From Vicinamibacterales bacterium (GTDB taxonomy: Bacteria > Acidobacteriota > Vicinamibacteria > Vicinamibacterales > 2-12-FULL-66-21), in NCBI GenBank assembly GCA_035495955.1, contig DATJFE010000067.1, forward strand, positions 19,972-83,971: a stretch of DNA of 64,000 bases, in the 5' to 3' direction. This document shows positions 1 to 9,999 of the stretch, piece by piece; the first letter of the stretch is position 1; each line of letters starts with the position of its first letter. The position numbers were made by a program, and so were the translations under genes. Under the pieces are notes generated by a model. It ran no database searches. It was given only the letters and a program-made list of their open reading frames with translations, and was not told the origin of the DNA.

Positions 1-1430
1 GGGGCCGTGCGGAGCTCGATGAGGTGCATCGCTTCGCGCGCGTTCATCTCCATGTAGAAGCGCACGCGATACGCCATCGCGACGGCATATGGGGCCGTTG
101 AATCGAGCGCCGCGCCGCGCAGCGCCTCGTACAGATCGGCCGAGTCGTCCATGACTCGCGTCCACGCGTCGAGGACACCGGCTTCGCCGAGCGCATCGGG
201 CTCCGAGTAGCCGTGGCGGGTGGACAACGGCTGCCATTCGATCGTCAGCAGCCGGTGCCGCTGCAGATCGCGGAACGCGCCGTAGTCCGTCAGCACATCG
301 AACCGGTACGCGGTGCGTTCGAAGGCGCGGCCGGGACGATGGCGGCGGTTCCCGCGATCCCCGACGTAGGCGTCGAGCACCGCAAGGCGGTCGGCGGGGG
401 TCATCGCTCGGGCGGCGGCGAGAAGCTGATCGTCGGGCAGGCCGGAGACGGCATACAGCGCCGACGCGACGATCTTGATCTCGCCGTCGGGATCGAAGCC
501 GGTCAGCGTGACCTCGTCGCGCGGCTCCGGGTCGAGATCGGCGAGCAGCGCGTCGGCAAGCCCGCGCGTCGCGTCGCGCGTCGCGGCGAAATACCGGCTC
601 CAGCGGCCCCCCCGCTCCGGCTGATCGACGCGGGTCAGAAACGCCGGGATGACCTTGCGCAGCTCGCCGAGCATCTGCGCCGCGCAGGCGCGGACTTCGT
701 CGAGCGGGTGCGCCTGCATCCGGAGCAGGAGCGCCTCGTATGCCTGGCCGGTCCCGTAGATCCCGACGTTCGACTGGGTGGCGGCGGGCAGCATCCCCCG
801 CAGCGTGTCGAGCGCTTTTGCGCGAATCGCCGCGCGATGGACGCTCTCGGAATCCTGCGGCCCTCGCGGGTAGCGCGCGGAGAAAAAACGCTGCATCGGA
901 TCGATCAGCGACGCGTAGGCCTCGAACGCACGATCCATGACGGCCACGTAGCGATCGCGCAGCGCGCCCTGCACCTCCGCGGGGACGTGATACCGCCATC
1001 GCCCGTGGAGCTTGTCGGTGTAGGGCACGTAGCGCGTGGACTGTTCCAGGTACGCCATCAGGCGGCCCCACTCCAGCACTTTCGTCAGGACGTTCGACAC
1101 GTACTCGCACGCGACGTGCGCGCCGCCGAGCTGCGCCACCGAGTCGTCGCCGTAGTCGTTGAAGACCCTGGAGTACAGCTTCTCGGCGCGCTCGACGCCG
1201 ACGTCCGATCCTCCCGCGGCCGCCCCCTCGAGATTGCCCGCGAACTCGTCGAGAAAAAGGCGCCGGAGCGACTTCGCCGACCGCGAGTAGCGCGCGAACA
1301 GCGCGCCCTTGACCGTCTCGGGAAGATTCGTCAGCGCGAAGACGTGGCCGTCAAGATTCGTGAAATACGGCTGGAGGATGCGGCGCTCGCGTTCCGTGAA
1401 CGTTTCCGCCGCCGCGGCCGAGATCGACAC
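1..1430 (-). CDS. ThyX-like (FAD-dependent thymidylate synthase family) protein, N-terminal ~476 aa; 3' end lies beyond the left window edge
   Basis: My translation of the minus strand from GTG 1430-1428 is stop-free to base 1: VSISAAAAETFTERERRILQPYFTNLDGHVFALTNLPETVKGALFARYSRSAKSLRRLFLDEF...YGAFRDLQRHRLLT. The ALFARYSRS and RHR motifs recall long ThyX-like proteins. An in-frame stop at 1442-1440 leaves GTG 1430 as the only start. It is absent from the ORF track because it has no stop in the window. The + ORF 213..1871 over this span is its shadow frame. Confidence 0.6.
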   Translation of the reverse strand, partial: MSISAAAAETFTERERRILQPYFTNLDGHVFALTNLPETVKGALFARYSRSAKSLRRLFLDEFAGNLEGAAAGGSDVGVERAEKLYSRVFNDYGDDSVAQLGGAHVACEYVSNVLTKVLEWGRLMAYLEQSTRYVPYTDKLHGRWRYHVPAEVQGALRDRYVAVMDRAFEAYASLIDPMQRFFSARYPRGPQDSESVHRAAIRAKALDTLRGMLPAATQSNVGIYGTGQAYEALLLRMQAHPLDEVRACAAQMLGELRKVIPAFLTRVDQPERGGRWSRYFAATRDATRGLADALLADLDPEPRDEVTLTGFDPDGEIKIVASALYAVSGLPDDQLLAAARAMTPADRLAVLDAYVGDRGNRRHRPGRAFERTAYRFDVLTDYGAFRDLQRHRLLTIEWQPLSTRHGYSEPDALGEAGVLDAWTRVMDDSADLYEALRGAALDSTAPYAVAMAYRVRFYMEMNAREAMHLIELRTA

Positions 1431-1457
1431 GCGCCAATGTTAGCATTTGTGGTTGCC

Positions 1458-1871
1458 ATGAATGCCTTCGTGCACCGAGTCGAAGTCCGATTCCGCGACT
1501 GCGATCCCATGGGCCACACCAACAATGCGGTCTATCTCACCTATCTGGAGCAGACGCGGTTCGCGCACTGGCGATCGCTGTGGGGATTCGGCTCCCCGCA
1601 GCTCCCGCCCGGCATGCCGGGCGTCATCCTCGCGCGCGTGGAGTGCGACTACAAACGCCCCACACGCTACGGGGACGTGCTGGATGTGCGGATGAAAGTC
1701 GCGGCGCTCGGACGATCGAGCTTCCGCTACGAGTACGAGATCGTGGACGAACAGGGCAGGACGGTCCTCGAGGCGAAGACGGTTCAGGTGATGTACGATT
1801 ACGCGGCGGAGAAACCGGTCGCGATTCCAGACGACATCCGCAAACGACTCTTGGAATTGCAGAATCTGTAA
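1458..1871 (+). CDS. acyl-CoA thioesterase, 4HBT/YbgC-like hotdog fold
   Basis: C-terminal 137 aa of ORF 213..1871: MNAFVHRVEVRFRDCDPMGHTNNAVYLTYLEQTRFAHW... The DxD-PMGH-V/N-N-xxY pattern is typical of the 4-hydroxybenzoyl-CoA thioesterase family. ATG at 1458; alternative ATG at 1437. Confidence 0.85.
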   Translation: MNAFVHRVEVRFRDCDPMGHTNNAVYLTYLEQTRFAHWRSLWGFGSPQLPPGMPGVILARVECDYKRPTRYGDVLDVRMKVAALGRSSFRYEYEIVDEQGRTVLEAKTVQVMYDYAAEKPVAIPDDIRKRLLELQNL

Positions 1872-1872
1872 A

Positions 1873-1902
1873 TCCCCCCGATTCCGCAATTCCCCGATTC
1901 CC
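1873..1902. repeat. short direct repeat tccccgattcc x2 immediately after the thioesterase stop
   Basis: Sequence aatccccccgattccgcaattccccgattccc begins 2 nt after TAA 1869-1871. Confidence 0.6.
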
Positions 1903-1932
1903 AGGGCGCCGTCCAGGCGCGCGCTAGACCCC

Positions 1933-2139
1933 TCAGGTGCCGCCGAAACCGATCGTCACCGTTTCCCTATCGACGATGACAGGTACTTCGCGCCGACCGC
2001 GGCTGTACTCGAGCATCCGCGCCAGATCGGCGGCGTTCTTCTTGACGTTCACGTATTCGAACGGGACGCCCTCGTCCCGATAGTGATCGCGCGCCGCGAG
2101 GGTGTACGGGCACGTATCCTTGCCGAAGATCAGGACCAT
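1933..2139 (-). CDS. glutaredoxin-like small redox protein (CPYT monothiol-type motif)
   Basis: Last 68 aa of ORF 1933..2397: MVLIFGKDTCPYTLAARDHYRDEGVPFEYVNVKKNAADLARMLEYSRGRREVPVIVDRETVTIGFGG. This is the thioredoxin-fold layout of Grx/NrdH. ATG confirmed at 2139-2137. The upstream part of the ORF looks non-coding. Confidence 0.75.
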   Translation of the reverse strand: MVLIFGKDTCPYTLAARDHYRDEGVPFEYVNVKKNAADLARMLEYSRGRREVPVIVDRETVTIGFGGT

Positions 2140-2188
2140 GCTCAAACTGTAGCACTGCAGGCGTATCATCGTGCGCGAGAGGCCACCC

Positions 2189-4177
2189 ATGAACCTTACC
2201 GTCCGTCGTGTGTTTCTCGCCTCAATCGTCGCCTTGACCAGCGCCGCGGCGCTCCCCTTCGCGCAGGGGCGCGGAGCGATGACGACCGAACAGCAGCAGC
2301 GCCGATGGGAGATGGAGCGGGAGCTCCAGTCGATTGCCGTGGTCGATCGCAAGGTGATGATGCCGATGCGGGACGGCGTTCGGCTGGCGACCGACATCTA
2401 TCGGCCCAGGAACGCAACCGGGAAGGTGCCGACGATCTTCGTGCGCACGCCCTACAACTTCAACTTCTGGGACGTGCGCAACGGCGTGCCGGCCGATATG
2501 ACCGCGCCGCTGACCGCAGTCAAGCGCGGCTACGCCTACGTCGTCCAGAACGAGCGCGGGCACTTCTTCTCCGAAGGCAACTACGACATCCTGGGGCCGC
2601 CGCGGACGGATGGGTACGATGCGATCCAGTGGATGACGAAGCAGACATGGTCCAACGGAAAAGTTGGCACGACCGGCTGCTCGTCGACCGCGGAGTACCA
2701 GATGGGCGTGGCGGCGACCGAGCCGCCCGGCTTCGCGGCCATGAACGTCCAGGGGTTCGGCGCGGGCGTGGGGCGCGTGAAACCATATTACGAACAGGGA
2801 AACTGGTATCGGGGCGGCGCGGTGCAGATGCTGTTCGTCACCTGGATCTACGGGGAGCAGAACCAGGTGCGGCCGATGTTCCCGCGCGATACGCCGCAGG
2901 AGGATCTGATCCGCGCCTCGAGGGCGTTCGATCTGGCGCAGCAGCTCCCACCGGTCGACTGGTCCAAGGCGCTCTGGCACCTGCCGGTGCAGGACATCCT
3001 CGAGTCGGTCGATGCCCCGCACGGTATCTTCGCGGATGCGATGCCCGTCGAGACCGGCGGCCGCATGATTCAGCGGGAGCCAAACGATCCGGCGTGGTAC
3101 AAAGGCGGCCTGTACCACGACGACATGCCGATCAATCTGCCAGGTCTCTGGTACATGTCGTGGTACGACGTCTCGGTCGGCCCGAACCTGGCGCTCTACA
3201 ACCACGTGCGCAAGACGGCGCCGAAGGCGATCGCCGACCAACAATGGGCGATCATCGCTCCTGTCGCGCACTGCTCGTACACGCGGGCCGCGGAAGACAC
3301 GATCGTCGGCGAGCGCCACATGGGCGACGCCCGGCTCGACTACCAGGAGATCATGTATGGCTTCTTCGACAGGTTCCTGAAGGGGGAGAGCAGCGACCGA
3401 CTTGCGAAGCTGCCCAGAGTGACGTACTACACGATGGGCCTGAACAAGTGGCAGACATCGGAGACATGGCCGCCCGCTGGCGCGCGCCCCGTGACGTTCT
3501 ATCTATCGAGCGCCGGGCACGCCAACACGTTGACCGGTGACGGGCAGCTGATCCTCTCGGCGCCCGACACCGACATGCCGGATTCGTTCACGTACGATCC
3601 GATGAATCCGGTCCCGTCGTACGGCGGCAACGTCTGCTGCACCGGAACAGCGATCCAGGCGGGGTCGTTCGATCAGCGCCAGATGGAAGCGCGGCCCGAC
3701 ATCCTCGTATTCACATCGGAGCCGTTCAAGGAGGGGACCGAAGTCAGCGGCCCGATCGAGCCCACGCTGTTCGTGTCGTCGGACGCGCGGGACACGGATT
3801 TCACGATCAAAGTGATCGACGTCTATCCCGACGGGCGCGCCTATAACCTGGACGAGTCCATTCAACGGATGCGGTACCGCGACGGGTACGAGAAGCCGCC
3901 CGTCTGGATGGAACGCGGTCGTACCTACAAAGTCACGCTGCAGCCGCTGACGACGAGCAACTATTTCGAGGCGGGGCACAAGCTGCGCATCGAGGTCTCG
4001 AGCAGCAACTTTCCGCGCTTCGACCGCAACCTGAACACCGGCGGCCGGAACTACGACGAGGCCACCGGCATCGCCGCGCACAACGTCGTGCACCATTCGA
4101 AGCAGTATCCGTCGCAGGTGACGGTGAGGGTCGTGAAGCGGTCGTCCTCCACGGCGCAGCACGCGGATCGAAACTAG
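2189..4177 (+). CDS. CocE/NonD family hydrolase (X-Pro dipeptidyl-peptidase S15-like), secreted
   Basis: 668-aa ORF with signal peptide [27 protein letters not shown], a GCSSTAEYQ nucleophile-elbow-like motif, and the C-terminal beta-sandwich typical of CocE/NonD. ATG 2189 is preceded by gagagg; GTG 2171 is an alternative start. Confidence 0.85.
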   Translation: MNLTVRRVFLASIVALTSAAALPFAQGRGAMTTEQQQRRWEMERELQSIAVVDRKVMMPMRDGVRLATDIYRPRNATGKVPTIFVRTPYNFNFWDVRNGVPADMTAPLTAVKRGYAYVVQNERGHFFSEGNYDILGPPRTDGYDAIQWMTKQTWSNGKVGTTGCSSTAEYQMGVAATEPPGFAAMNVQGFGAGVGRVKPYYEQGNWYRGGAVQMLFVTWIYGEQNQVRPMFPRDTPQEDLIRASRAFDLAQQLPPVDWSKALWHLPVQDILESVDAPHGIFADAMPVETGGRMIQREPNDPAWYKGGLYHDDMPINLPGLWYMSWYDVSVGPNLALYNHVRKTAPKAIADQQWAIIAPVAHCSYTRAAEDTIVGERHMGDARLDYQEIMYGFFDRFLKGESSDRLAKLPRVTYYTMGLNKWQTSETWPPAGARPVTFYLSSAGHANTLTGDGQLILSAPDTDMPDSFTYDPMNPVPSYGGNVCCTGTAIQAGSFDQRQMEARPDILVFTSEPFKEGTEVSGPIEPTLFVSSDARDTDFTIKVIDVYPDGRAYNLDESIQRMRYRDGYEKPPVWMERGRTYKVTLQPLTTSNYFEAGHKLRIEVSSSNFPRFDRNLNTGGRNYDEATGIAAHNVVHHSKQYPSQVTVRVVKRSSSTAQHADRN

Positions 4178-4193
4178 CGTCCGCCCGAGAGGA

Positions 4194-4276
4194 CAGTGGG
4201 GTCGGATCTTGATTTTCGACGACAGTCGGACTTCACGTCCTCCTGCGCCGTCGAAAATCAAGATCCGACCCCACTG
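4194..4276. repeat. perfect 28-bp inverted repeat (27-nt loop) between convergent genes
   Basis: 4194-4221 cagtggggtcggatcttgattttcgacg is the exact reverse complement of 4249-4276 cgtcgaaaatcaagatccgaccccactg. It lies 17 nt after the CocE stop. Confidence 0.9.
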
Positions 4277-4330
4277 TCACTGGAAGAGGACGGCCGAGGT
4301 CAACTCCCAGACTATCGAACCCGCGTTTTG

Positions 4331-4359
4331 AGAGTTGGAGGTGGGGAGTTGGCAGTTGG
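4331..4359. repeat. period-7 tandem repeat (agttgg core) abutting the stop of the wHTH regulator gene
   Basis: agagttggaggtggggagttggcagttggc; agttgg occurs at 4333, 4347 and 4354. The minus-strand stop is at 4360-4362. Confidence 0.7.
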
Positions 4360-4755
4360 CTACGCCGGCTGAAAGCCGGGCGGCAGATCCGGCGACCGTT
4401 CGGGGCGCTTGGCCGCCTTGGGCAGCGCGTCGCGCACGACCTGTTCGAGCTCTTCGAGATAGGCCACGAAACGGCCGCGTCCCTCGCTCGTCAGGCGATA
4501 GAGCGTCTGTGGACGGCCGCCGTCGGTGCCGCGCCACGCTTCGACCAGGCCCGCTTCGAGCAGGACGTCGATATGCCGGCTCAAATTCCCGTCGGTCAGC
4601 GCGCAGAGCCGCTTCAGCTCGTTGAATACCGCGCCTTCCGGGCGCGTGACGAGCGAGGTCATGATCCCGAGCCGCGCCTTCTCGTGGAGGACCCGATCGA
4701 GTCCCTCGTACGCGTATCGGCCGGGTTCTTCGCGATGAGGCTGTTTCTTGGGCAT
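4360..4755 (-). CDS. winged-helix transcriptional regulator (ArsR/MarR-like wHTH)
   Basis: C-terminal 131 aa of ORF 4360..5016: MPKKQPHREEPGRYAYEGLDRVLHEKARLGIMTSLVTRPEGAVFNELKRLCALTDGNLSRHIDVLLEAGLVEAWRGTDGGRPQTLYRLTSEGRGRFVAYLEELE. ATG at 4755. It lies 2 nt downstream of the preceding membrane-protein gene. Confidence 0.8.
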   Translation of the reverse strand: MPKKQPHREEPGRYAYEGLDRVLHEKARLGIMTSLVTRPEGAVFNELKRLCALTDGNLSRHIDVLLEAGLVEAWRGTDGGRPQTLYRLTSEGRGRFVAYLEELEQVVRDALPKAAKRPERSPDLPPGFQPA

Positions 4756-4757
4756 GG

Positions 4758-5393
4758 CTATGACCGCTCCAGGTTCCACCACAGCACGAGCGCGGCGAGC
4801 AGCTGCCCGGCGCCGAACGGGCCGCCGACCCACCAGGGACTGACCGTCGCGGTCCCGCGCGCCATCCACAACAGCGCGGTGCCCGCGGCGCAGTAAAACA
4901 GCGCGACCCATCCCGTCGCCCGCGGCAGGTACGGACGCGAGGCGAAAGTCCCGAGCCCGAAGCAGATCGCCCAGAGTCCCGGCAGCAGCCGGACGAGATC
5001 CGCGCCGAGCCGGCACAGGCAGATCGTGATCGCGGTCGCCGCCATCGCGCTCGGCAGGAATTGTCCGACGACCATGCGCGTGCGGCGCCGCCGCGATGCA
5101 TCCTCGTGGACGACGTAGTTGTAGATGATTTCGATCGACCCGACCAGCGCCGCCCCGCCCGCGACGGCGGCCCAGTAGATCACCCAGCCGATCGGATCCG
5201 CACCGAGCGCGGCCGGCTGCAGCGCCGCCGCCGCGAGGCCGATCGCGCCCGCCGCCGCAAACGGCACGGAGCGGTAGCCGCGATACACCTCGCCTTTGGC
5301 GATCTGTTCGTGAATCTCGGCGATCTGGTCGAGCGCGCGGGTCACGTCCACGATCATACTTTGCAGCGTAAAGACGCTGCGGTCAAGTGCCAC
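4758..5393 (-). CDS. hypothetical polytopic membrane protein, co-oriented and near-contiguous with the wHTH regulator
   Basis: 211-aa ORF with several hydrophobic stretches (WVIYWAAVAGGAALVGSIEII, LPGLWAICFGLGTFA, GWVALFYCAAGTALLWM, GAGQLLAALVLWW). I do not recognise a family. Confidence 0.55.
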   Translation of the reverse strand: MALDRSVFTLQSMIVDVTRALDQIAEIHEQIAKGEVYRGYRSVPFAAAGAIGLAAAALQPAALGADPIGWVIYWAAVAGGAALVGSIEIIYNYVVHEDASRRRRTRMVVGQFLPSAMAATAITICLCRLGADLVRLLPGLWAICFGLGTFASRPYLPRATGWVALFYCAAGTALLWMARGTATVSPWWVGGPFGAGQLLAALVLWWNLERS

Positions 5394-5637
5394 GGCGTGA
5401 CGGCTCGGGGGCCACTGACGGCACGGACGTCACCGATCATGTCGAGACCTTGAACAGGGGAAACAAGAGATGCAGGAGTTTCTTGCAAGAGCACAAGAAG
5501 AGCTACTCCTGAGCTCCTGTCCTCCTGCAACGATCCCCCTGATCGACTCGCGATGAAGACTTCAAGACGATCAGGAAATCAGGAGTATCTTAAGAAAAGG
5601 AATTGCTCTCGAACTCCCGATCTCCTCATGTGAAGAA

Positions 5638-6468
5638 ATGATGGCCTATCCGAATTCGCAGCTCTTGACGACACCGACCGAACTGGCCGACGCATTGAAG
5701 CGCGATCGGAAGCCGCTGCTGCTCGATCTACGTCCTTCCGAGGACTTCGCCGCCGGACACATCCCGAGCGCGGTCCATCTCGATCTCTGGGGCGTCTCGC
5801 TGATCGACACGGATCCTGCGCCGCTGAAGGCGTTCATGTGGATGATCGATCATCTCTTCAACCTGCGCGGCGTCGACGCCTCGACGCCCGTCGTCGTCTA
5901 CGACGATCAGTCGGGCATGCGGGCGGCGCGCGCGTTCTGGTTCCTCGAGTACTTCGGCCACCCGCGCGTGCAGATGCTCGACGGCGGGTTCGGCGCGTGG
6001 ATCCGCGCCGGCCTGCCGGTGACCCGGGACGTGTCCGCGCCGCCGAAGAGCGCCTGGACCGGGACGCCGCAGGAACGCACGATTGCGACATGGCGCGACG
6101 TGAAAGCCCGTTTGGGGAATCCCGACACGGTCATCCTGGACACGCGCAGCGACGGCGAATACCGCGGGACAACGGTGAGGGCGAAGCGCGGCGGGGCCAT
6201 TCCTGGTGCCATCCATATCGAATGGAGCCAGAATCTCGGTCCCGACGGCGCGTTCAAGCCCGCCGCGGAGCTCCGACAGATGTACGAGCGCGCCGGGATC
6301 ACACCGGACAGGGAGGTCATCACATACTGCCAGGGAGGATATCGCGCGGCCCACAGCTACGTCGCCCTGAGACTCCTGGGCTATCCGAAGGTCCGGAATT
6401 ACACGGGATCCTGGAAGGAGTGGGGGGACCGGGAGGAACTCCCGGTCGAAGTCCCGAAAGTCTCTTGA
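5638..6468 (+). CDS. sseA: thiosulfate/3-mercaptopyruvate sulfurtransferase (tandem rhodanese domains)
   Basis: 276 aa with two rhodanese domains. Active-site loop YCQGGYRAAHS (CxxGxR) lies in the C-terminal domain. The family symbol is given loosely. Confidence 0.85.
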   Translation: MMAYPNSQLLTTPTELADALKRDRKPLLLDLRPSEDFAAGHIPSAVHLDLWGVSLIDTDPAPLKAFMWMIDHLFNLRGVDASTPVVVYDDQSGMRAARAFWFLEYFGHPRVQMLDGGFGAWIRAGLPVTRDVSAPPKSAWTGTPQERTIATWRDVKARLGNPDTVILDTRSDGEYRGTTVRAKRGGAIPGAIHIEWSQNLGPDGAFKPAAELRQMYERAGITPDREVITYCQGGYRAAHSYVALRLLGYPKVRNYTGSWKEWGDREELPVEVPKVS

Positions 6469-6533
6469 CTCCGCTCCGCAGCGCATGTACATCTCACTTG
6501 CGAAAACGCTTTAATTAAGTTCGGGAGGGAAAC

Positions 6534-9500
6534 ATGATGAAGCGCCCAACGCGCGCGGCGGCTGCGGCAGCGTGTCTTACCGTTCTATTCGCCGCCAGCG
6601 CCTCGGCGCAGGCGGTCAAAGGCGGACTTCTCGGCAATGTTGTGGATCAGGCCGGACTGGCGCTGCCGGGCGTGACCGTCACCATCACCGAGCAGAATAC
6701 AAACATCCAATCCACCACGACGACGAACGAGTCGGGGTATTACATCTTCTCGAACCTGAAGGACGGCATCTACCGCGTCGAAGCGGAGCTCACGGGCTTC
6801 AAGAAGAGCCTCCGCAAAGATATCGAGGTGCAGGTCAATACGACGGTGCGGATCGACATGAAGCTGGAAGTCGGCGCCGTCCAGGAGACCGTCACGGTCA
6901 CGGGCGAGACGCCGATCCTGCAGACCGACCGCGCCGACACCGGACGCGTGATCCAGAGCGTGCAGCTGACCGAAGCGCCGCTCGGCTTCAACCGGAATTT
7001 TCAGGGAATGCTGCTGACCGTCCCGGGCGCCACCCGCCCGTTCCGTCCGCATTCCTCGTTTTTCAACGCGCAGGACAGTCTCTCCACGAACGTCAACGGC
7101 CAGTCGCGGCTCGCGAACAACGTCCAGATCGAAGGCATCGATGACAATCACCGGACGGGACTGCTGACCACGCTGATTCCGTCGATTGAAGCGATCGAGA
7201 CGGTCAACATTACGACGAGCGCGTACGACGCCGAGTTTGGCCGCGCGGGCGGCGCGATTACGAACGTGACGCTGCGGTCCGGGACGAACAACCTCAAAGG
7301 CGGCGTGTTCGTTTTCGGCAACACCGATAGCACGAATGCGCCCGGGTACTTTTCGCACACCGTTCCTCCCTCGTCTTACTTCCAGAGCGGTTTCACGCTG
7401 GGCGGTCCGATCCAGCACAACAAGCTCTTCTTCTTCGGCGACTACCAGCACACCGCCGACCACGGCGGCGCGACGCAGCGCGCCACCATTCCGCCGATTG
7501 CGTTCCGGACCGGCGACTTCAGCAGCGCGTCGACGATCATCTACGATCCCGCAACCGGAAACGCCGATGGGACCGGCCGCACGCCGTTTGTCGGCAACGT
7601 CATCCCCGCGAACCGAATCAGCCCGATTGCGGCGGCGCTCCTCGCCAAGGTCCCGGCGCCGAATCTGTCGGCGGCCAACGGTCAGACGAACTTCCAGCAG
7701 GACTTCACCCGAATCAAGAACACCGACTCGTTCGACACGAAGATCACCGCACAATTGAGCAAGTCCGATCAGCTGTCGGCGCGGCTCAGTTTTCTTCGGC
7801 CGAAACAGACCGATCCGCCGATCTTCGGCGTCTATGGCGGCGGCGGAAAGGATTTTTCGGGCACCGGCATCGATACCACCTACAGCACCGGCGCCAACTA
7901 CACTCGCGCCTGGAGCAGCACCTTCATCTCGGAGTTCCGCGGCGGTCTGAATTATTTCCACAACGAAGCACTGGCCCCCGACCACGGCCAGACGCTCGCC
8001 TCAGACCTGGGTATCCGGGGGGCGAACATCGATGAATGGACGAGCGGCATCACGACGATCGATATCGGGAACGGTACCGCCAGTCCGCTGATCGGGCATG
8101 CCAACAGTCTCCCGTGGGACCGCTCGGAGCGCACTGCCCAGTTCGCCGCCGTGGGCACCAAGCTGTGGGGCAACCACACGATCAAATTCGGCGAGGACTT
8201 CCGCAACACGCGCGATTTCCTGCTGCAGACGCAGGACAATGGCGGCCCGCGCGGACGATTCCAGTTCCGCGGCGGCCAGACGTCCATTCCGAGCGACGGC
8301 GCCGCGACCAGCGGCTATGCGAACGCGATCGCCTCGTTCCTTCTCGACGTGCCGTCGGTCGTCGAACGCGATCTGAAAATCGTCGATCCGGGCGTCCGGT
8401 TCTGGGCGTTCTTCACCTTCGTCCAGGACAAGTGGCAGGTGAACAAATCGCTCACACTCGACATCGGCCTGCGCCACGAGTACTACACGCCCTTCAAGGG
8501 GCTGAGCGACAAGGGCGGCCTGTCGAACTACGATCCCGTGACCAACGCGCTGCAGGTGGCGGGCTACGGCAGCGTGTCTCAGAGTGTAGGCGTGAAAAGC
8601 TACTGGAAGAACTTCGGGCCGCGGCTGGGCGCCTCGTACCGCTTGAATGACAAGACCGTCGCGCGCGCCGGCTACGGCGTGAGCACGCTGCCGTTCCCGG
8701 ACAACAGCTATGCGTACAACTTCCCCGTCAAACAGAACAACCAGTTTACGGCGCCGAACAGCTTCGTGGCGGCGGGATCGATGGCGGCGGGCTTCCCCGA
8801 TCCGATTGTCGCGAACATCCCGCCGAGCGGCCTCATCGACGCGAGCACGGCCGCACTGAGGGCGGCGTCGTTCTTCCACATCAAACCCGACCGCCACGAA
8901 GGCGCACTGCATTCGTTCAACGTCGCGGTGCAGCGCGAACTGCCGTGGCAACTGACCCTCGACGTCGCGTACGTCGGCAATCGCGGCCATGACGTCGAAA
9001 CCTCGTACGACGAGAATGCGGCGACGGTCCTAGGGCTCGATGACGCCGGCCGGCCGCTGTTCGGTCCGTTCAAAAAAACGGCGAGCGTCACCACGTGGAT
9101 CCCGCTGAAGACGTCGTACAACTCGCTTCAGATGAAAGTGGATCGCCGATTTTCGAACGGCCTTCTGTTGAACACGTCGTACACGTTGGGGCGGGGTTAC
9201 AGCTACAACACCGGAGACAGCAACGGCGGCATTCCCACGCCGGCCGATCTCGCGCTGAGCTGGGCGAGAACCGACCAGGATCGCCTCCACTCCTTCGTGG
9301 AGAGTTTCGTGTACCAGTTGCCGATCGGCCCGGCCAAGCGGTGGATCAACCGCGGCGTCGCGAGCCAGGTTCTAGGCGGCTGGCAGGTCAGCGGGTTCTT
9401 CACCGCGCAGTCTGGCACGCCGATCAACATCACGATGAGCAACGCGACCCTGCACGCGCCGGGCAATACGCAGCGTCCCAACGTCAGCGGCACGCCGAAT

Positions 9501-9818
9501 GTGCTGGGCGGAATCGGCACGGGCAATCTGTGGTTCGACACGTCCGTGTTCTCGACGCCGGCAACGAATACGTTTGGGAACGCGAAGCGTAACGGCGTCC
9601 TCGATGGTCCGGGCTATGCGAACCTGGACGCGACGATCGCGAAGCTGTTCACACTGCCGCGCGGTGCGCACGGCGAATTCCGCGTGGACGTCTTCAACCT
9701 GACGAATACGCCGCATTTCAACAATCCGGCGTCGACGTACCTCGGCAACAACTTCGGCGTCGTCACGAGCGCCTTCGGCGAGCGATCGATGCGTTTCGGA
9801 GGGCGCGTCACGTTTTAG
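6534..9818 (+). CDS. TonB-dependent outer-membrane receptor with N-terminal carboxypeptidase-regulatory-like domain
   Basis: 1094 aa. Signal peptide ...VLFAASASAQA. CarboxypepD_reg-like segment GVTVTITEQNTNIQSTTTTNESGYYIFSNLKDGIYRVEAELTGF. Plug-like segment QETVTVTGETPILQTDRADTG. Terminal ...RFGGRVTF aromatic residue typical of beta-barrels. Confidence 0.9.
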   Translation: MMKRPTRAAAAAACLTVLFAASASAQAVKGGLLGNVVDQAGLALPGVTVTITEQNTNIQSTTTTNESGYYIFSNLKDGIYRVEAELTGFKKSLRKDIEVQVNTTVRIDMKLEVGAVQETVTVTGETPILQTDRADTGRVIQSVQLTEAPLGFNRNFQGMLLTVPGATRPFRPHSSFFNAQDSLSTNVNGQSRLANNVQIEGIDDNHRTGLLTTLIPSIEAIETVNITTSAYDAEFGRAGGAITNVTLRSGTNNLKGGVFVFGNTDSTNAPGYFSHTVPPSSYFQSGFTLGGPIQHNKLFFFGDYQHTADHGGATQRATIPPIAFRTGDFSSASTIIYDPATGNADGTGRTPFVGNVIPANRISPIAAALLAKVPAPNLSAANGQTNFQQDFTRIKNTDSFDTKITAQLSKSDQLSARLSFLRPKQTDPPIFGVYGGGGKDFSGTGIDTTYSTGANYTRAWSSTFISEFRGGLNYFHNEALAPDHGQTLASDLGIRGANIDEWTSGITTIDIGNGTASPLIGHANSLPWDRSERTAQFAAVGTKLWGNHTIKFGEDFRNTRDFLLQTQDNGGPRGRFQFRGGQTSIPSDGAATSGYANAIASFLLDVPSVVERDLKIVDPGVRFWAFFTFVQDKWQVNKSLTLDIGLRHEYYTPFKGLSDKGGLSNYDPVTNALQVAGYGSVSQSVGVKSYWKNFGPRLGASYRLNDKTVARAGYGVSTLPFPDNSYAYNFPVKQNNQFTAPNSFVAAGSMAAGFPDPIVANIPPSGLIDASTAALRAASFFHIKPDRHEGALHSFNVAVQRELPWQLTLDVAYVGNRGHDVETSYDENAATVLGLDDAGRPLFGPFKKTASVTTWIPLKTSYNSLQMKVDRRFSNGLLLNTSYTLGRGYSYNTGDSNGGIPTPADLALSWARTDQDRLHSFVESFVYQLPIGPAKRWINRGVASQVLGGWQVSGFFTAQSGTPINITMSNATLHAPGNTQRPNVSGTPNVLGGIGTGNLWFDTSVFSTPATNTFGNAKRNGVLDGPGYANLDATIAKLFTLPRGAHGEFRVDVFNLTNTPHFNNPASTYLGNNFGVVTSAFGERSMRFGGRVTF

Positions 9819-9871
9819 GTGCTGCCGGGCCTGCGGGGCCTACTGGTGCTGCAGGTGCTCAGGGTCCTACG
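9818..9871. repeat. 9-nt tandem repeat x6 starting inside the TAG stop of the TonB receptor gene
   Basis: ggtgctgcc gggcctgcg gggcctact ggtgctgca ggtgctcag ggtcctacg, counted base by base from 9818. Confidence 0.85.
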
Positions 9872-9892
9872 GCAACCGACCCTGATCTTGAT

Positions 9893-9930
9893 CGCCGCGA
9901 TCCTGTTTGGGGTCGCGGCGTTTTTGTTTT
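9893..9930 (+). terminator. intrinsic terminator of the TonB receptor gene
   Basis: Stem cgccgcgatcc (9893-9903) pairs with gggtcgcggcg (9910-9920) over 11 bp including one G-U. Loop tgtttg, followed by tttttgtttt. Confidence 0.85.
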
Positions 9931-9999
9931 GATCGTCCGTGACAAGCGCCGTTTGCAGCGGGCGCCATCTGCGAGCGACAATGGCGCGGCAGCATTCAT

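Noticed and set aside
213-1457. N-terminal 415 aa of the 552-aa + ORF 213..1871 as a real protein
   Set aside because: The composition is Arg/Ala/Gly-rich shadow sequence. The opposite strand gives a stop-free, motif-bearing ThyX-like protein. Only the last 137 aa (thioesterase) look genuine.
9818-9871. Collagen-like Gly-X-Y coding reading (GAAGPAGPTGAAGAQGPT) of the 9-mer repeat
   Set aside because: There is no start codon and no ORF of useful length in that frame, and it lies in a terminator-containing spacer. I treat it as a nucleotide repeat.
9819-9932. In-frame 37-codon hydrophobic extension after the TAG of the TonB receptor (VLPGLRGLLVLQVLRVLRQPTLILIAAILFGVAAFLF) as a readthrough product or small ORF
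   Set aside because: The hydrophobic residues are explained by the GC stem plus T-run of the terminator and by the repeat. A beta-barrel that ends in a terminal Phe is already complete.
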